Shown: positions 40,367-54,225, counted from the stretch's first letter. The stretch is 64,000 bases of DNA from Octopus vulgaris (GCA_951406725.2 OX597817.1:149172001-149236000), one strand, 5' to 3'. The notes: generated by a model from the sequence alone, not told the origin. Numbers and translations are program-made.

Positions 40367-40505
40367 ATGAACTGGAACTCCAAAGTAGCTAAGTAAAACA
40401 GGTCTCTAGGGAAATTGGTTGTGACATGATGCCGGCGATATAGATACTGTGAAGTCGTAAGTTCGTATACTGTAGGGAGAAAGACTTGGCTGTTTGCCTT
40501 TTCGT
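40367..40505 (-). CDS. Candidate internal coding exon (139 bp) of an unidentified host gene
   Basis: Acceptor TCTCTCTCACCTTCAG| and donor |GTGAGA; only one frame is open: EKANSQVFLPTVYELTTSQYLYRRHHVTTNFPRDLFYLATLEFQF; non-repetitive island. Confidence 0.4.
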
Positions 40506-40784
40506 CTGAAGGTGAGAGAGAAACGTTTTCGCCATCTCTCTCAGAGACAGTTTCCTCTTCTTTCAGTCTCTCACTTTTCTCTTTCTCTCTCTTTCCTTCT
40601 CTCTCTCCCCATCTTTCTAGATTTCTTTCAATCTTTCTCTCTCTCTCTCTCTCTCTCTCTCCTCTCTCTCTTTCTCCCTCCATCCCGAAACGTTCAAGTT
40701 TTCCTAACTTACGAAAATAGAGAAACGCAAGCAATTCACTGAAAAATTGAGAGATCGACAGATAAGTAATCAGACTAGTTATTG

Positions 40785-40933
<149 letters not shown>

Positions 40934-41300
40934 TTCTGACTTGTATATATTGTATGTATCGTTTAATTAAACACACCCTAAAATGTTAATGTCTTTTTAT
41001 CGATGTAATTTCCGCTTCAACAGAAGTAAATTCATCTTGACCACAAGCGCTGCGCTTCGTTTTACTAAATGGCCAACGCTCGTACACTATTCCGATGTTA
41101 TCATATGGCAGTTAGACGCCTTGCTTTACATTTATGCACGTTCAGTTATGGCGTAGCATTCTGACAACTTGCTATAATTAGCTACATTAAACTACTTTGC
41201 GCACACGAGAACACACCACACGCAGACAAAAACGCAAGCATATGCACATATAAGGAATTCTGACTGATGATGTCACCACTCACACACACGCAAACCCATA

Positions 41301-41335
<35 letters not shown>

Positions 41336-42268
41336 CGACACATATACATGCATGCATACATTCGCTCGGACACGCGTACGAGCATAGCTACATACATATA
41401 ATGAAGAACAGACCTAGAATATAATCCCTACATACTCAAGTACACACGGCACACGTACATTCATTCAGAATATATATATATACATAAATATATGCCCACG
41501 TCTTACTCACGCGAAATATGGACGTTGTGATCCTTGTAAATTGTTTAGTGTTGCTTATAATGCTTCGTTATCGTCGCCATTGTAATTGTTATGGCCTTTT
41601 ACGCGACTTTGTTTTGTCCAATCATCTTCGATCGACATCTCTAACTTTATTGAAGCCTGGCGAATAAAGTTAAGGATGATCTATAATACACATTTACACA
41701 TACATATACATACTTAATGTACGCATGTATACATATATGTATGTATATGTATACGTACATACATGTATATATATATGTACATATATAAATGTATATAATA
41801 TATTTATGTCTATATATATGCTTTCGGTGGGAATGGTTTTAATATATGGCGCCGTGTTTTGGCAATCATCGTGCAATGACTAAGGAAAATAGTCTAATAA
41901 ATGGGCATATAAGCCCACAACTGAAAAAAGAAGGCTTTCCTATCCAGGTGGGACTCGAACCCAGATCCCTTTGTTAAAGCGACTAAATGTGTTACCTTTA
42001 CACCGGCGAATCAGCACCCCTGGTTCTTTCAAATTTAAGAACTATATTAGTTCATATTTGTTTTATGTAAGCATATATTATATATAATATAATTATTTGA
42101 AGGAAAGTTCGTTTCTATGCTTTTGTTTTTATGTTTTCGTTTCTCATTGTGTTCAACGTTTTTTGATGTCCTGTACACATATATGCATGTATATATACAT
42201 ATATATGTAGGTATTTGCATATATGTCTATATGCATATATTTATATATTATTTATATTATATTATATA

Positions 42269-42323
<55 letters not shown>

Positions 42324-43030
42324 TTATATATAAATATATATATGTGTATGTATATATATGAATATATTATATTACATATATATAAATAAGAGGATTAGTT
42401 ACGAAGTGGATTCCTAATATGCCGGAAAAAGACGCCAAATCGCCTTACTACAAAAAATATGTTCTCAAAAATTTTAGCAAACGCCAGAATGTATGCGAGC
42501 AAGACTAATGAAAGGAGACAAAATAGATCAATTGACTCCATACCTTAAGATTAGATTTCTCTATCAATGATCACTAATGTGATCATCAGTAGCTCTTCAG
42601 AACACATAATCCGCCGAACCAGATATAAAATGTCCTCGCGACAGAGAACATGCATAAAGTTACACCAATTATGTATCAGGATCTCATATTTCAAAGGATC
42701 TCATGCTGGCGCGCCAAAACCGGAAAGAACTCTCCGATTAATAAAGTTCCGCAGCAAATACCAGCGGTTAGAGAACATAGCTATTTAAAAATTAAATAAT
42801 GAGGGTAGAAATTAATACTATTAAATGATATCAATTTAAACCAGTAGCCTAGCATAATTAAAAATGTCCGAAGACTATAAATTATATTATATGTGGTTGG
42901 TAAGCAAGCTACTTACCACACAGCCACTCCAACGCGTATTACATAATTAATAATTTTGTCACGGGTGTATAGTGTTCAGTAACTATGTTCAGTAGTTTTA
43001 ACAAAGGGGAATGTTTGTTTTATAAATATA

Positions 43031-43161
43031 CAGGGTGTCCCAAAGAAATGTATACACATAGTGGTTCGGCAAAAGAGAACGATAGAATAAGTACTAGGCT
43101 TACAAAAAATAACAAATTTACAATTATTTAAGGTGTGTATACATTTTTTGGGGACACCCTG
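43031..43161. mobile_element. 131-bp Tc1/mariner-type MITE with SINE-B-derived filler
   Basis: TA|CAGGGTGTCCCAAAGAAATGTATACACA...TGTGTATACATTTTTTGGGGACACCCTG|TA; interior GGTTCGGCAAAAGAGAACGATAGAATAAGTACTAGGCTTACA matches SINE B. Confidence 0.88.
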
Positions 43162-43939
43162 TATATGTGTATGTATGTTCTTGCGGGTCTGCTTTGTACT
43201 CTAGTAGACCAATAACCATGGACATGATATGATGTAACAATTTTCCACTTTCTCTATATTTTTTCCACTTGTTTTCTAATCCTTGTTTTCGCCTCAGTAT
43301 TTTCCATGTAAATTTCTCTCCAAATTTTCTCCTCAAATGTCTTGTTACTTCAGCATTCGATCTTACCTTGTCATTTCTCTAATCTTTCTCAAGAATGTGC
43401 AATAAATATAACGGTTTGATTGGAAAAGACGATTTTGCTTATAATATTTTATCTTTCTCTCTTCGTATTTTCTGTTTCCAAAAACTTATACCTTTCCTCT
43501 GTACTTTAATTCTTGAAATGCTGTTCTAATTTCTTTTCTTTTCTTTCTGACGTGCTACATATCTTCTCATCTTCCTTTGTCTTCATTTTTATTCATTTAT
43601 TCTGCCTCTGTGTCTTTCGCAACATAGTTGATCTTCATTAATTTCAAGCTCTTTCTACCATATTATTTGGTGTTCATCCCTTTGTCCTTTCCTTTTCTCA
43701 AGCACATAAACCCCAGCTATTATCAATGTGATGGCTTGTCCAATATCTTAAGACAATCTTACAAATCATGTTGTTCTAATATGATTCTTTTCATCAGAGA
43801 AACAAGAGACAAATTAATGTTCGACACGATGGACATGAGGAATTTTTTTAAATGGGAAGGACAAATATGCGCGTCGTATGGATCGATTATAGAGGGCCAC
43901 ATGACGTAGTTCTACTCTCGTAATCTAATGTTATATAAA

Positions 43940-44478
43940 ATATTTCGAAATTTCAGAAATGGTTAGACACCTGTTTGAAAATGTAATGTTACATTGGAGA
44001 ATAATCATCAGGTTAGGAAACATTAGCAGGTGTACAGAGTGGTAGATAATACTTTCAAGAGATCTCTTTCTTGTCATAACATTGATCTCTTTATCGATTA
44101 TTCTAAAGGAGAACGTTCAATGTGAAACACTAGGGAAAAAGTGAATGATCTTCCCTGAAAGATTTAAAGCTTTATTGCAAAGACAAGAATCAACTGGGTC
44201 GCTTCATACAAACCATCAAAACACTTAGTAGTTACATTAGGATGACATTCGATATTGATAAACAAGGGGAAAATCATAAAATGTTCAGGAATAGATCTAT
44301 CTAATGGCGAGTATATCAGATCTTTGAGTATAAAAGGAACATATAAGATCATAGAAGACAGAAATCTGATGAAATTAATGCTATATATATTGAGCAGACC
44401 CTTGGTAAATAATACCTTCGTAGGATTAAGAAGAATTTAACATCAAATTCAGTTCAAGAAATATGATACAAGCAATAC
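43940..44478 (+). mobile_element. Highly degraded R4/Dong-type RT fragment
   Basis: DLKLYCKDKNQL..FIQTIKTLSSYIRMTFDIDK...GIDLSNGEYIRSL...TYK, comparable to the RT at 9100-9480. Confidence 0.6.
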
Positions 44479-44990
44479 ACGGCGAGCTGGCAGAAGCGTT
44501 AGCACGCCGCCCAAAAAGCTTTGTGGTATTTCGTCCGCCGCTGCGTTCTGAGTTCAAATTTATAGAGTTAGTGGGTGGGGGTCACATCACAAAAAAATAA
44601 TAACCCGAAATCGTGTAATAAAGTCAAACTTTGAAGAAAAGAAAGTCCATTCAATGGTTTTGCTTTTTTGTTTGCTTTCTGTCGTTTTGAGTTGTTTTGT
44701 TTCGTTTTCAAAAATACAAGGCAGATAAAGGGTGACAATGGCAACTGACTTTGTTTAAAGAATGAAGCGCTGAAGAAGGAGCACGAAGAAATAACTGTAG
44801 CAGCACATGAACAGATTCTGAGAATAAATTAAATAAAAAGATAGACTGGACTGTTAACGTGATAATATTGTTCCGATAAGTCGCTAAAAGTTTCGCAAGA
44901 CGTTCGGTTACCATAGTTGGTGAAAATGCGACTTCGAAATATTGGTATTCTATTTTAAAAGTTCTTTGTGTAACGTTTAATATGTGATTT

Positions 44991-45058
<68 letters not shown>

Positions 45059-45078
45059 GAAATATTAAAATTACTAAG

Positions 45079-45121
<43 letters not shown>

Positions 45122-45769
45122 CTGGAAATAAATGTTGATTGAAGAAAACAATGGCAAAATGGGCAGAGAGGAGAAGAGAAGGCAGATGCAAAAGAAGAAA
45201 AAGAGGAAGGGAAAAGATATACAATATAAAGTAATGACAACAAAGCAAAGTAGGACAGAAAAAGAAGATTCTTTCGCAGTACTGAAAGCGTAAGAATAAT
45301 GTTTATGTTGAAAGCTAGTATTTATTTGAGGGGAGTGTGAAAACGAATATAAAATATAAAAGCACACATAAATAATAAAGTGAGTATAGATAGAAAAAAA
45401 GCAGGATATATCATTCCTTCTCTACGCTGTCAATGATCCTCCAAAGATGCTACAGATTATGTTTTAATAAACGGGTTCATATCAAGAATATTGCAAACCA
45501 AATACAAAAACGAAAGATTATTTTTAAGATATTTAGAATAATTAAAACACCAAGAGATATACTACGAAGATACATACACAGAGATATACATGCAAACATA
45601 AATGCACACACATACATTCGTGGGTATATTTATGAACTTAAATAATACACATGATTGGAAAAAATACATGCATAGAAACACGTGCTTACATATATTCTTG
45701 CTTGCTGGCATGCATACGTAGATATATTCATACATTTACACATACGTCCATCTGTTGTCTGGGAAACGA

Positions 45770-46600
45770 TCTTAGTGTCTGTGTAATATGATGGACATAT
45801 TACAGCCAAACTGACGGAAAGAAGACAACACGTTCTCCACTAGTTCAGAGAAGATTTCTACTGCATAGCCCCCAAGAAAATCCCTTACTATCAGAGTTCA
45901 CTGGATCTTGGAAATTTGGGTCTTTCATAAGTTTCCTATTTGAAAGCAGTTGAAAATATTTTACCGCCAGCTTCATGCTCCGCACTGGAAATGTTCACCA
46001 TATTCAGTTTAAAACACTCGGTTTGTGTTCGTATCCTCCCCATACTGTTTCATTAAACCTAGTTTGATGTATGATGGAGGTAAAGTTAGCTTATTCCTGT
46101 TAACCAAGAGTATCGCGATTAAATCTCTTTCTCCAACGACCACCTTTTCTTTCTCAGAGGACATTCTTTGCTCATCCAGTGCTCATCCTTAGATCTACTA
46201 TCTCAAAGACAGTTAAAGCAAGGATAATAGATGTAACCACTCTGCTGACCTATGAGAAAAAGTTCATATTCTTAAGACCCACAGAGATTAGCCATTGGTG
46301 ATCGTGGTATGACATCTTCCATAAAACCAGGACGATTTTTTTCTGCTATTCAGTCATCTTAGTTGAATGACCAATTAGGATTAATCCATAATTATTGCTA
46401 GCGCGTGGAAGTGTATATTTTAGGCTCCACTGGAAACTATCCGTGAATAATTGCCATTCATTTGGTACGTATCTTGATAGAGCTATTTCCATGAGCAAGC
46501 CTTGAAGATCTTACAAAAGACCAAATCATTTTCCTCCAAGAGGTAAACAAATTATGTGATTTTGGATTGGTAATTTTATAAATAAGAACATTTCTAGAGC
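45770..46600 (-). mobile_element. Degenerate Chapaev-like (CMC superfamily) transposase
   Basis: Manual translation with frameshifts: EWQLFTDS, IGHS, HQWLISV, GQQSGYIYYPCFNCL*DSRSKDEHW, LPPSYIKLGLMKQY, GCNMSIILH; motif order matches Chapaev transposases. Confidence 0.75.
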
Positions 46601-46724
46601 TACTAGAAGCAAATAAAGGTCACAGATTTTTTCAGAAGCATGAATATACCTAGAATCGTGTCTAAATTCTGAGGCACCGAAAAGCTATTAAACTACTTCC
46701 CGACTTCATATGCATATATTAGCA

Positions 46725-46914
46725 CTCGCGCGCGCACATGCGCACAAACACACGCTCTCACACACACACGTGCGCGTACACACACAGAGGCATGCGCGCA
46801 CACACACATATACATGGATATTTATATATATATATATATAATATATATATGTATGTGTGTATATATATACGAGTTTGTGTATGTGCGTGTATACATATAT
46901 ACGTATACACTTTT

Positions 46915-47002
<88 letters not shown>

Positions 47003-47138
47003 TGACACATGTGCAGACAAACATAACAACATTCCTATGAAACTAACTCGTTCCAGAGCGGGTGATTGATCTTCGTCTATTGATTAAAAATACATGTAAT
47101 AAAACCGGAATAACACACACACACACACACACAGAGAT

Positions 47139-47169
<31 letters not shown>

Positions 47170-47257
47170 GATACACGCACAATCTGATATGCATGCGCCT
47201 GCTTGTATGTGTGTTGAAAGATAGATAGATAAATAGATAGATAGATATATGTACGCA

Positions 47258-47292
<35 letters not shown>

Positions 47293-47666
47293 GCGGTGCC
47301 CCAGCATGACCACAGCTCATGAGCTGAAACTAGAATCAATCAATCATATATATATATATATATATATATGTACGTATGTCTATATGTATACATGTGCGTG
47401 TTTCTGTGCCTGTATTTGTGTATATATATATATACACATGCACACTCATATACATACAATCTGATATCCGTGCCCCTGCGTGTACGTATGTATATATATA
47501 TATATGTATATATATGCATGTGTAACTGTATTTGTGTGTATATATATGTACACACACACTCATACACACATACACGCATGATCTGATATCCAAGTGCCTG
47601 CGTATATATGTGTAAATAGATAGATAGATGGATAGATGGGTAGATAGATGGATAGATAGATAGATG

Positions 47667-47748
<82 letters not shown>

Positions 47749-48296
47749 CTCAGACCCACATATGGAACAGCTAACAAACAATGTTAAGGCTCCCCTTCTA
47801 GAGAGTCAAGGACAAATCAATAAGGTGGAACATGTTCCGATTTATTTTGTTTTGTTTTCATTTATTTTATCCTATTAGGTTCGTGTGCACGAGTTGTAAT
47901 TTTAGTTGAACGATGCAAATAAGATTTTAAACCGGGGTTTTTAGGACTAGCTTCACCAAATTTTTACCATTGCTGAAAGGCGTAAAATGTATGTATATAT
48001 ATATGTAAGCATCTGTGTGTGTGCGTATATGTGGTGAAACATCTCGAACGGAGCCAATGAAGAGAATGCGTACGCACAAACACACACACACACCACACAC
48101 ATACATATATATATATATACATATACATAGATATGCACATACACACATACACATTTATGTAAATACATATAGACACACAATGATATGAGTGTGTACGCAC
48201 GCTCGCACGCACACGCATTTGTATATATATATATACGCATATATGCATACATTGACACACGCGCACACACACATACACACACACATACACACACAT

Positions 48297-48349
<53 letters not shown>

Positions 48350-48495
48350 AACATAAATATATATACATATATAAATGCACGCACACAAACACACACACAG
48401 ATATATATATATGTATATATATTTACATATATATATATATGCATATGCAAATATATATATATATATATATATTATATGTATATGTGTATGTATAT

Positions 48496-48577
<82 letters not shown>

Positions 48578-48582
48578 ATATA

Positions 48583-48628
<46 letters not shown>

Positions 48629-49138
48629 TATATATTACTCGCAAACATTAAGGAGCTAAACAAACACAAACGCCTGTTTCTGTTTGCGTTCGATAAATAT
48701 GCGTGAGTTTCCCTGTGTATACGCGCGTATTCCCATATGCTAGTGTGCACGTAGCTGTGTACGTCTACAAATGTATATCCCTAAATCCCCAAAATTTTGC
48801 TAACAGCTGCCACTTAAAATTCCTTAATGGGAATTCCTTGTTATATAAACGTATTTAATATTAGCCATATTTCCTTCCTTCAATCGATAATCTGTTATCT
48901 ATTTGCCTGCTTTTTATGCTTTTCTATCATTTCCTAAAAGTCATTATCCTTTCAGAATTTCGGTTTATTTTCCTGTTTTTGCTTCTGCGTTTTTTTATAG
49001 CTCTTCTTCTTCTTCTTCTTCTTTATATGTTTTCTATAGAGAAAGACTAAAACAGAAATACTCAATCACGCATATATTCAGACGCATGCGTGTAGAGGCA
49101 TACATGTACAGATAGATAGATAGATAGAAATGTAGATG

Positions 49139-49192
<54 letters not shown>

Positions 49193-49201
49193 CAGGCAGG
49201 C

Positions 49202-49232
<31 letters not shown>

Positions 49233-49240
49233 TAGATACA

Positions 49241-49274
<34 letters not shown>

Positions 49275-49530
49275 CATTCATACATAGGTAAAATATGTTT
49301 CCATATTTAATATAATGTAGTACATAAATATATTGCATTTATATATATAATACATACACACACACGCACATATATATATATATACATATACATACATATG
49401 CATATATATATATAATACATACACATAAATATATATATATATATATATATATATCCCTGTTTTTACTACGGTTCTCACTGTATATATATATATATATACA
49501 TAAATACATATATACATGCATATATATACA
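46725..49530. repeat. Dense microsatellite field: (CA)n, (TA)n, (TAGA)n, (TACA)n
   Basis: Direct inspection. Confidence 0.9.
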
Positions 49531-49764
49531 CAAAGGTTGGCTTTTGTTTTGTCTGACATCAAATCTGTCTACCGTCTATTGTCAGTTTACATGCATTGCC
49601 ATATGGATGATATAGTAATTCAGCAGTGCTGCGTAGTAGCTAAATCCAAGACGTTATGATGGGTCAAGGTTATTTACTGATGGATGCAGTGTCTGCAGTA
49701 AGCCCGGAATCGCTTAACAGGAAATAGTAACATGTATTACCACGAAGAAATAACTTTTATCATT

Positions 49765-50170
49765 GAAAGGAAAGTGGTCTACCGATGTGTGTTACCGAAA
49801 CTTGTACACGGCAGAGGAACAAAGAAAAATGAGCCGGCAAACGGGAATGAAATTCAGAGCAATACAATAAAACGAAAGGAGAAATACGTTGAATATTATT
49901 CTGAACGATCGAATTAGATATATAAAGATAGGAGATAGGAAGGGGGTTTTTTTTAAGTAGAAAAGAGGAGAATAGATGAAGGAAAAGAATAAGCGTGAGA
50001 CCACGGGAGAAAAGAACGAGAAGGTGTCCGCGAAAGAAAATTTGGTGGGATCCCATTTTAGAAGAACCGGGTTGCGATTAAGTGAGACTGACCTGGTTTG
50101 GACCGAGATGGTGATAAAGAGAGGAAGGTGGAAGAGGCTTGGAGGAAGAAACATCCAGCAGTACACGCCT
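49765..50170 (+). mobile_element. Very degraded RTE-like LINE 3' end
   Basis: RKVVYRCVLPKLVHG and terminal WKRLGGRNIQQ resemble RTE C-termini. Confidence 0.4.
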
Positions 50171-50191
50171 AATCCTTAGAGTAACACACAT

Positions 50192-50244
<53 letters not shown>

Positions 50245-51075
50245 TATATATTTATGCATATATGTGTGAGTATGTATATATATATTTATATATATATATG
50301 TATGCATATATATATTATATATATATATATATACGTATGTATATATATGCATATACACACACACATATATATACATATATATATATAGCATGAGCTCAAC
50401 TTACCTCCCCTCTTAATCTGACACCAACCTCACCTCCTCTCCTCATTTGACACCAAACCCACACTACGCTACACACACTACCACTGACCACTTCTCAGCA
50501 CCCACACCACACACCATCATGTACACTCCTACACCCAAACAAGCTCATACTACCACAACACAGACAATATATACTCACAAACACACAACACGCATTAACA
50601 CACGAAACATACATAGACAAATATAAGTTCCATCCACCTACATACACATGCACACTGTTTGGTCACAGACACACACACACACACACACAAGTGCACACAC
50701 CACGTGAAAAAGCACACATCAACTGCTATAAACATTACACACACATTATACATGTATACGCACGCACACATTACACACACACGTTACACATGCACACTCA
50801 CACACACTCAGATGTCAGAGTCACTCGCCCCTATTCACACATACACACTTACACACTCAGACACACCATTCTCACATCCACACACACATACGCATGCATA
50901 CCTTTTCTTGTCGGGATCACTAGCACTATTATCTCAATTTCATTCTACCTCTTTTTTATTATTATCTCCCTTTCTTTCAACCTCTATTTTTTTTTCCTTT
51001 TTTGCAATCATCGCCATGTTGGACCGCTGAACTGTACAAATTTTCTTCATTCTCTCTCTTTAATTCCTCTTATTA

Positions 51076-51111
51076 CTTTCTGTTGAAGAGCGTAGGCTCG
51101 AAACGTAAAAG
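51076..51111 (+). ncRNA. Minimal type-I hammerhead ribozyme motif (core variant CUGUUGA) in probable PLE pLTR sequence (~50390-51210)
   Basis: CUUU-CUGUUGA-A-GAGC guag GCUC-GAAA-CG-UA-AAAG: stem I CUUU/AAAG, stem II GAGC/GCUC, palindromic ACGU stem III. Confidence 0.7.
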
Positions 51112-51207
51112 ACTTTTTTCATTTTTCCGGAGCATCAAACTAATACACTTGCTTGTTGTTCATATACACTGTCTTCGTCTTTTGTTTTTCCACAAATTTC
51201 AATTGTA

Positions 51208-51276
<69 letters not shown>

Positions 51277-51293
51277 CATATACATATACATAC

Positions 51294-51375
<82 letters not shown>

Positions 51376-51654
51376 TTACTATTATGTTAAACTGTCGTAT
51401 GTCCGACAATGGCCGGTTTTTGGTCAAACTATCATACCTCCAGCTGCTTCAGATGCCAAGATATGAAAAGTTGTCAAAATGTAGTACAACGGTTTTGCTA
51501 TGGAATGGTGAAATTATTTTTTCGTTTTCTGAAAGAGCAAAGTTTTGGACTTAGGACACTTTTGTATAACAGCAAAGATATATATACATTCATGCAAACA
51601 ATAAGCCTAAGGAAAGATATATATAAGAGAGCACTCACTATGCAAAACACAAAA

Positions 51655-52709
51655 TAAAAGGAACAGTGCTGTGTCCACTACTGTTTGTGGTTGCTCTCTT
51701 GGACATACACTCAGCCATAGAGTCATCCGCACTCATCAGCTACGCCGATGATACAAAAGTATCGCAGGCGGTCAAAGATCCTACTGACTTCCTAAGACTG
51801 CAGAAGAACCTGAACGCAATATATAAATCGGCTGATGAGAATAATATGCAGTTCAATGGCGCAAAATTCCAAGCACTCTGCCGTCAGCCTACAAACAAAT
51901 TACAGCTGGAGTACACGGGACCACTAGGCCATGTAATCCAGAATTAGAGTCGTTGCGTGACCTGGGAATCCACATGAGCAACGACGCAACCTACCATGAG
52001 CAAATTGCTGAGATGGTAACACTATGCAGGCGGGTAGAAGGTTGGATCTTTAAATCCTTTAGGACCAGGAAAAGAGACTCAATGCTTTGAAGAACCTTTG
52101 TCCTCAGTCGTTTGGACTACTGCTCCCAACTGTGGGCCCAATAGAGTGTAAAACTAATTGCGAAACTAGAAGCGATCCAACGCCACTTCACAATGAAGAC
52201 AGGCTCAGTAAAATACATGTGTTGCTGGAAGAGATTGGGGGCACTGGGACTCTGTTCCCTGAAGAGGATACGTGAGAGATATACAGTGCTCTACATGTCG
52301 AAAATAATGGAGGGTCTGGCTCCAAATTTCGGAATTGAAATCTACAACAATCTCCGACCTGGACGGCACTGCCTAGTACCATAAGTTCCATTTTCTCCAT
52401 TGACGATATGAACCCAATATTGTAATGGTTTGGGATTCAAGGGACCACAATTTTTTTTTAATTCCCTACCACAGAACATCAGGGTGTAGACATGGAAGTC
52501 TTCAAAGCAAGGTGTAGACATAGAAGTCATCAAAGAACGTCCAGGCAGCTTTTTATCTGCAATTCTGGATGAACCCACATCGCCGCAACGTCCAGTTCAC
52601 TATTTCACCAGCAGCAATACTGGAAAAATCCCTGGACGCAGTAAAGGCGGTGCACCAGCATGACCTCAGCCTCTGGCTGAAACCCATGATAGATAAAAGA
52701 TAAAAGATA
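51655..52709 (+). mobile_element. CR1-clade LINE, 5'-truncated, with recognisable 3' terminus
   Basis: GTVLCPLLFV, YADDTKV, LQKNLNAIY...NNMQFN..KFQAL, RDLGI, LDYCSQLW, RERY; ends GGCGGTGCACCAGCATGACCTCAGCCTCTGGCTGAAAC + (GATAAAA)n. Confidence 0.9.
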
Positions 52710-52751
52710 TAGTAAAGTCTCACATATGTAATACTATAATTGAATTCTTAA

Positions 52752-53475
52752 AGGCGGTGAGCTGGCAGAAACGTTAGCACGCCGGACAAAATGCTTAGCG
52801 GTATTTCGTCTGCCGTGATGTTCCGAGTTCAAATTCCGCCGAGGTCGTCTTTGTCTTCCATCCTTTCGGGGTCGATAAATAATGTACCATTATGCACTGG
52901 GGTACATGTAATCGACTTAATCCCTTTGTCTTTGTTTGTCCCCTCTATGTTTAGCCCCTTGTGGCCAATAAAGAAATATATAATTGAATTTTCAAAACAA
53001 TTTTTTCGTAGTAAATACCTAAAGTTTTGCATACTTGCATCATTAGATATTTTATCTCATTAGATTTTTAATGAGAAAATTTTCTAATTTTTATTTATTT
53101 GCAGTCATACTTTGGCGGGGAGGAGCTGTTTTTGTTTTTCCATTTAAGGCGATGGGCTGGAAGAATCGTTATAGCGTCGGATAAAATGCTTTGCGGGATG
53201 TCCTCTGTTCTTTACGTTCTGAGTTCAAAACCCGTCGCCTGGCATCCTTTTGGCTCAATAAAATAAAATACAAAATACAAGTTGAATATTGCGATTGGTG
53301 TAATCGATTAAAACCTTCTCTCAAAATTGCTGGCCTTGTACCAAAATTTGAAACCATTATTCACTAATGCGTAACTGGTACTTATTTAATCGACCCCCGA
53401 AAGGATGAAAGGCAATGTCGACCTCGGCGGAATTTGAACTCAGAACGTAGCGACTGACGAAATACCGCTAAGCAT
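52752..53475. mobile_element. SINE family A copies: 52752-52980 (+), 53147-53357 (+, diverged), 53367-53475 (-, partial)
   Basis: Matches to the SINE A consensus. Confidence 0.85.
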
Positions 53476-53519
53476 ATGCATACATATATTGTTGGTATCT
53501 GTCAGTGCCCGATGATGAC

Positions 53520-54225
53520 AAAGTCTGTGCTGTCAGCGATGAGAACACATGAATCCAAACCTGGAAACACACAAGCGCCCACAGTGGTCACAGCGATAAT
53601 CTCTTGACTGGATTGAGGAGGACGCTACCCGGTGAATTTTTTTCTAGCAGCACCAAGAAGACGCTGTGGCCGGTGCACTTGGAAGGCAGCTGCGGCTCTT
53701 GGGATGAGAGGCTTCCACGCTTGTCTGTCTGCGGCAGAGGCTTCAAGTTTACGTGGACTAATGCCGCCCCATTTGAGGTTGCGTTTCAGGATTTCTTTGA
53801 AACTCGGTTTAGGCTCTCGTTTCCTGAACCCTGCGTGGGCTCGCTATACAACTGATGTCTGGATTATCAGTCATTCTGATGACGGAGCAACTCTATCATA
53901 GCTGAGCCTTGAACAACATTGACTCAATACTTTTTGAACTAGCCCTGTCCAGCACTCCTTGGTTTGTAATCTGTCCTGCCAGCGAGTTCCCATGTTCCTG
54001 CACAGTACCCATGTGTGAAACTGCTCCAACTGTTTGGTGTGCCGTCAATATGGGATTCATGTTTCATATCCATACAGTAGTGATATAGACGACTACAGAA
54101 TTGTAGACGTTGAGCTGAGCTTTGTCGACATTCTGTTACCTTTTGATTCCTTTTTGCAAGAGGACTTTCACATTCAGTTTTACAAGAGCTTGGCTGGCCT
54201 TGTGGATTCTGAATAAAATTTTGCT
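53520..54225 (-). mobile_element. RTE-clade LINE 3' fragment with C-terminal zinc finger
   Basis: Manual translation: FKEILKRNLK, ADRQAWK, YRCDHCGRLCVSRFGFMCSH. Confidence 0.75.

Noticed and set aside
41935-42030. tRNA-like sequence on the minus strand (GGTTCGAGTCCCA)
   Set aside because: B-box is present but the cloverleaf is incomplete; probably a repeat head whose boundaries could not be defined.
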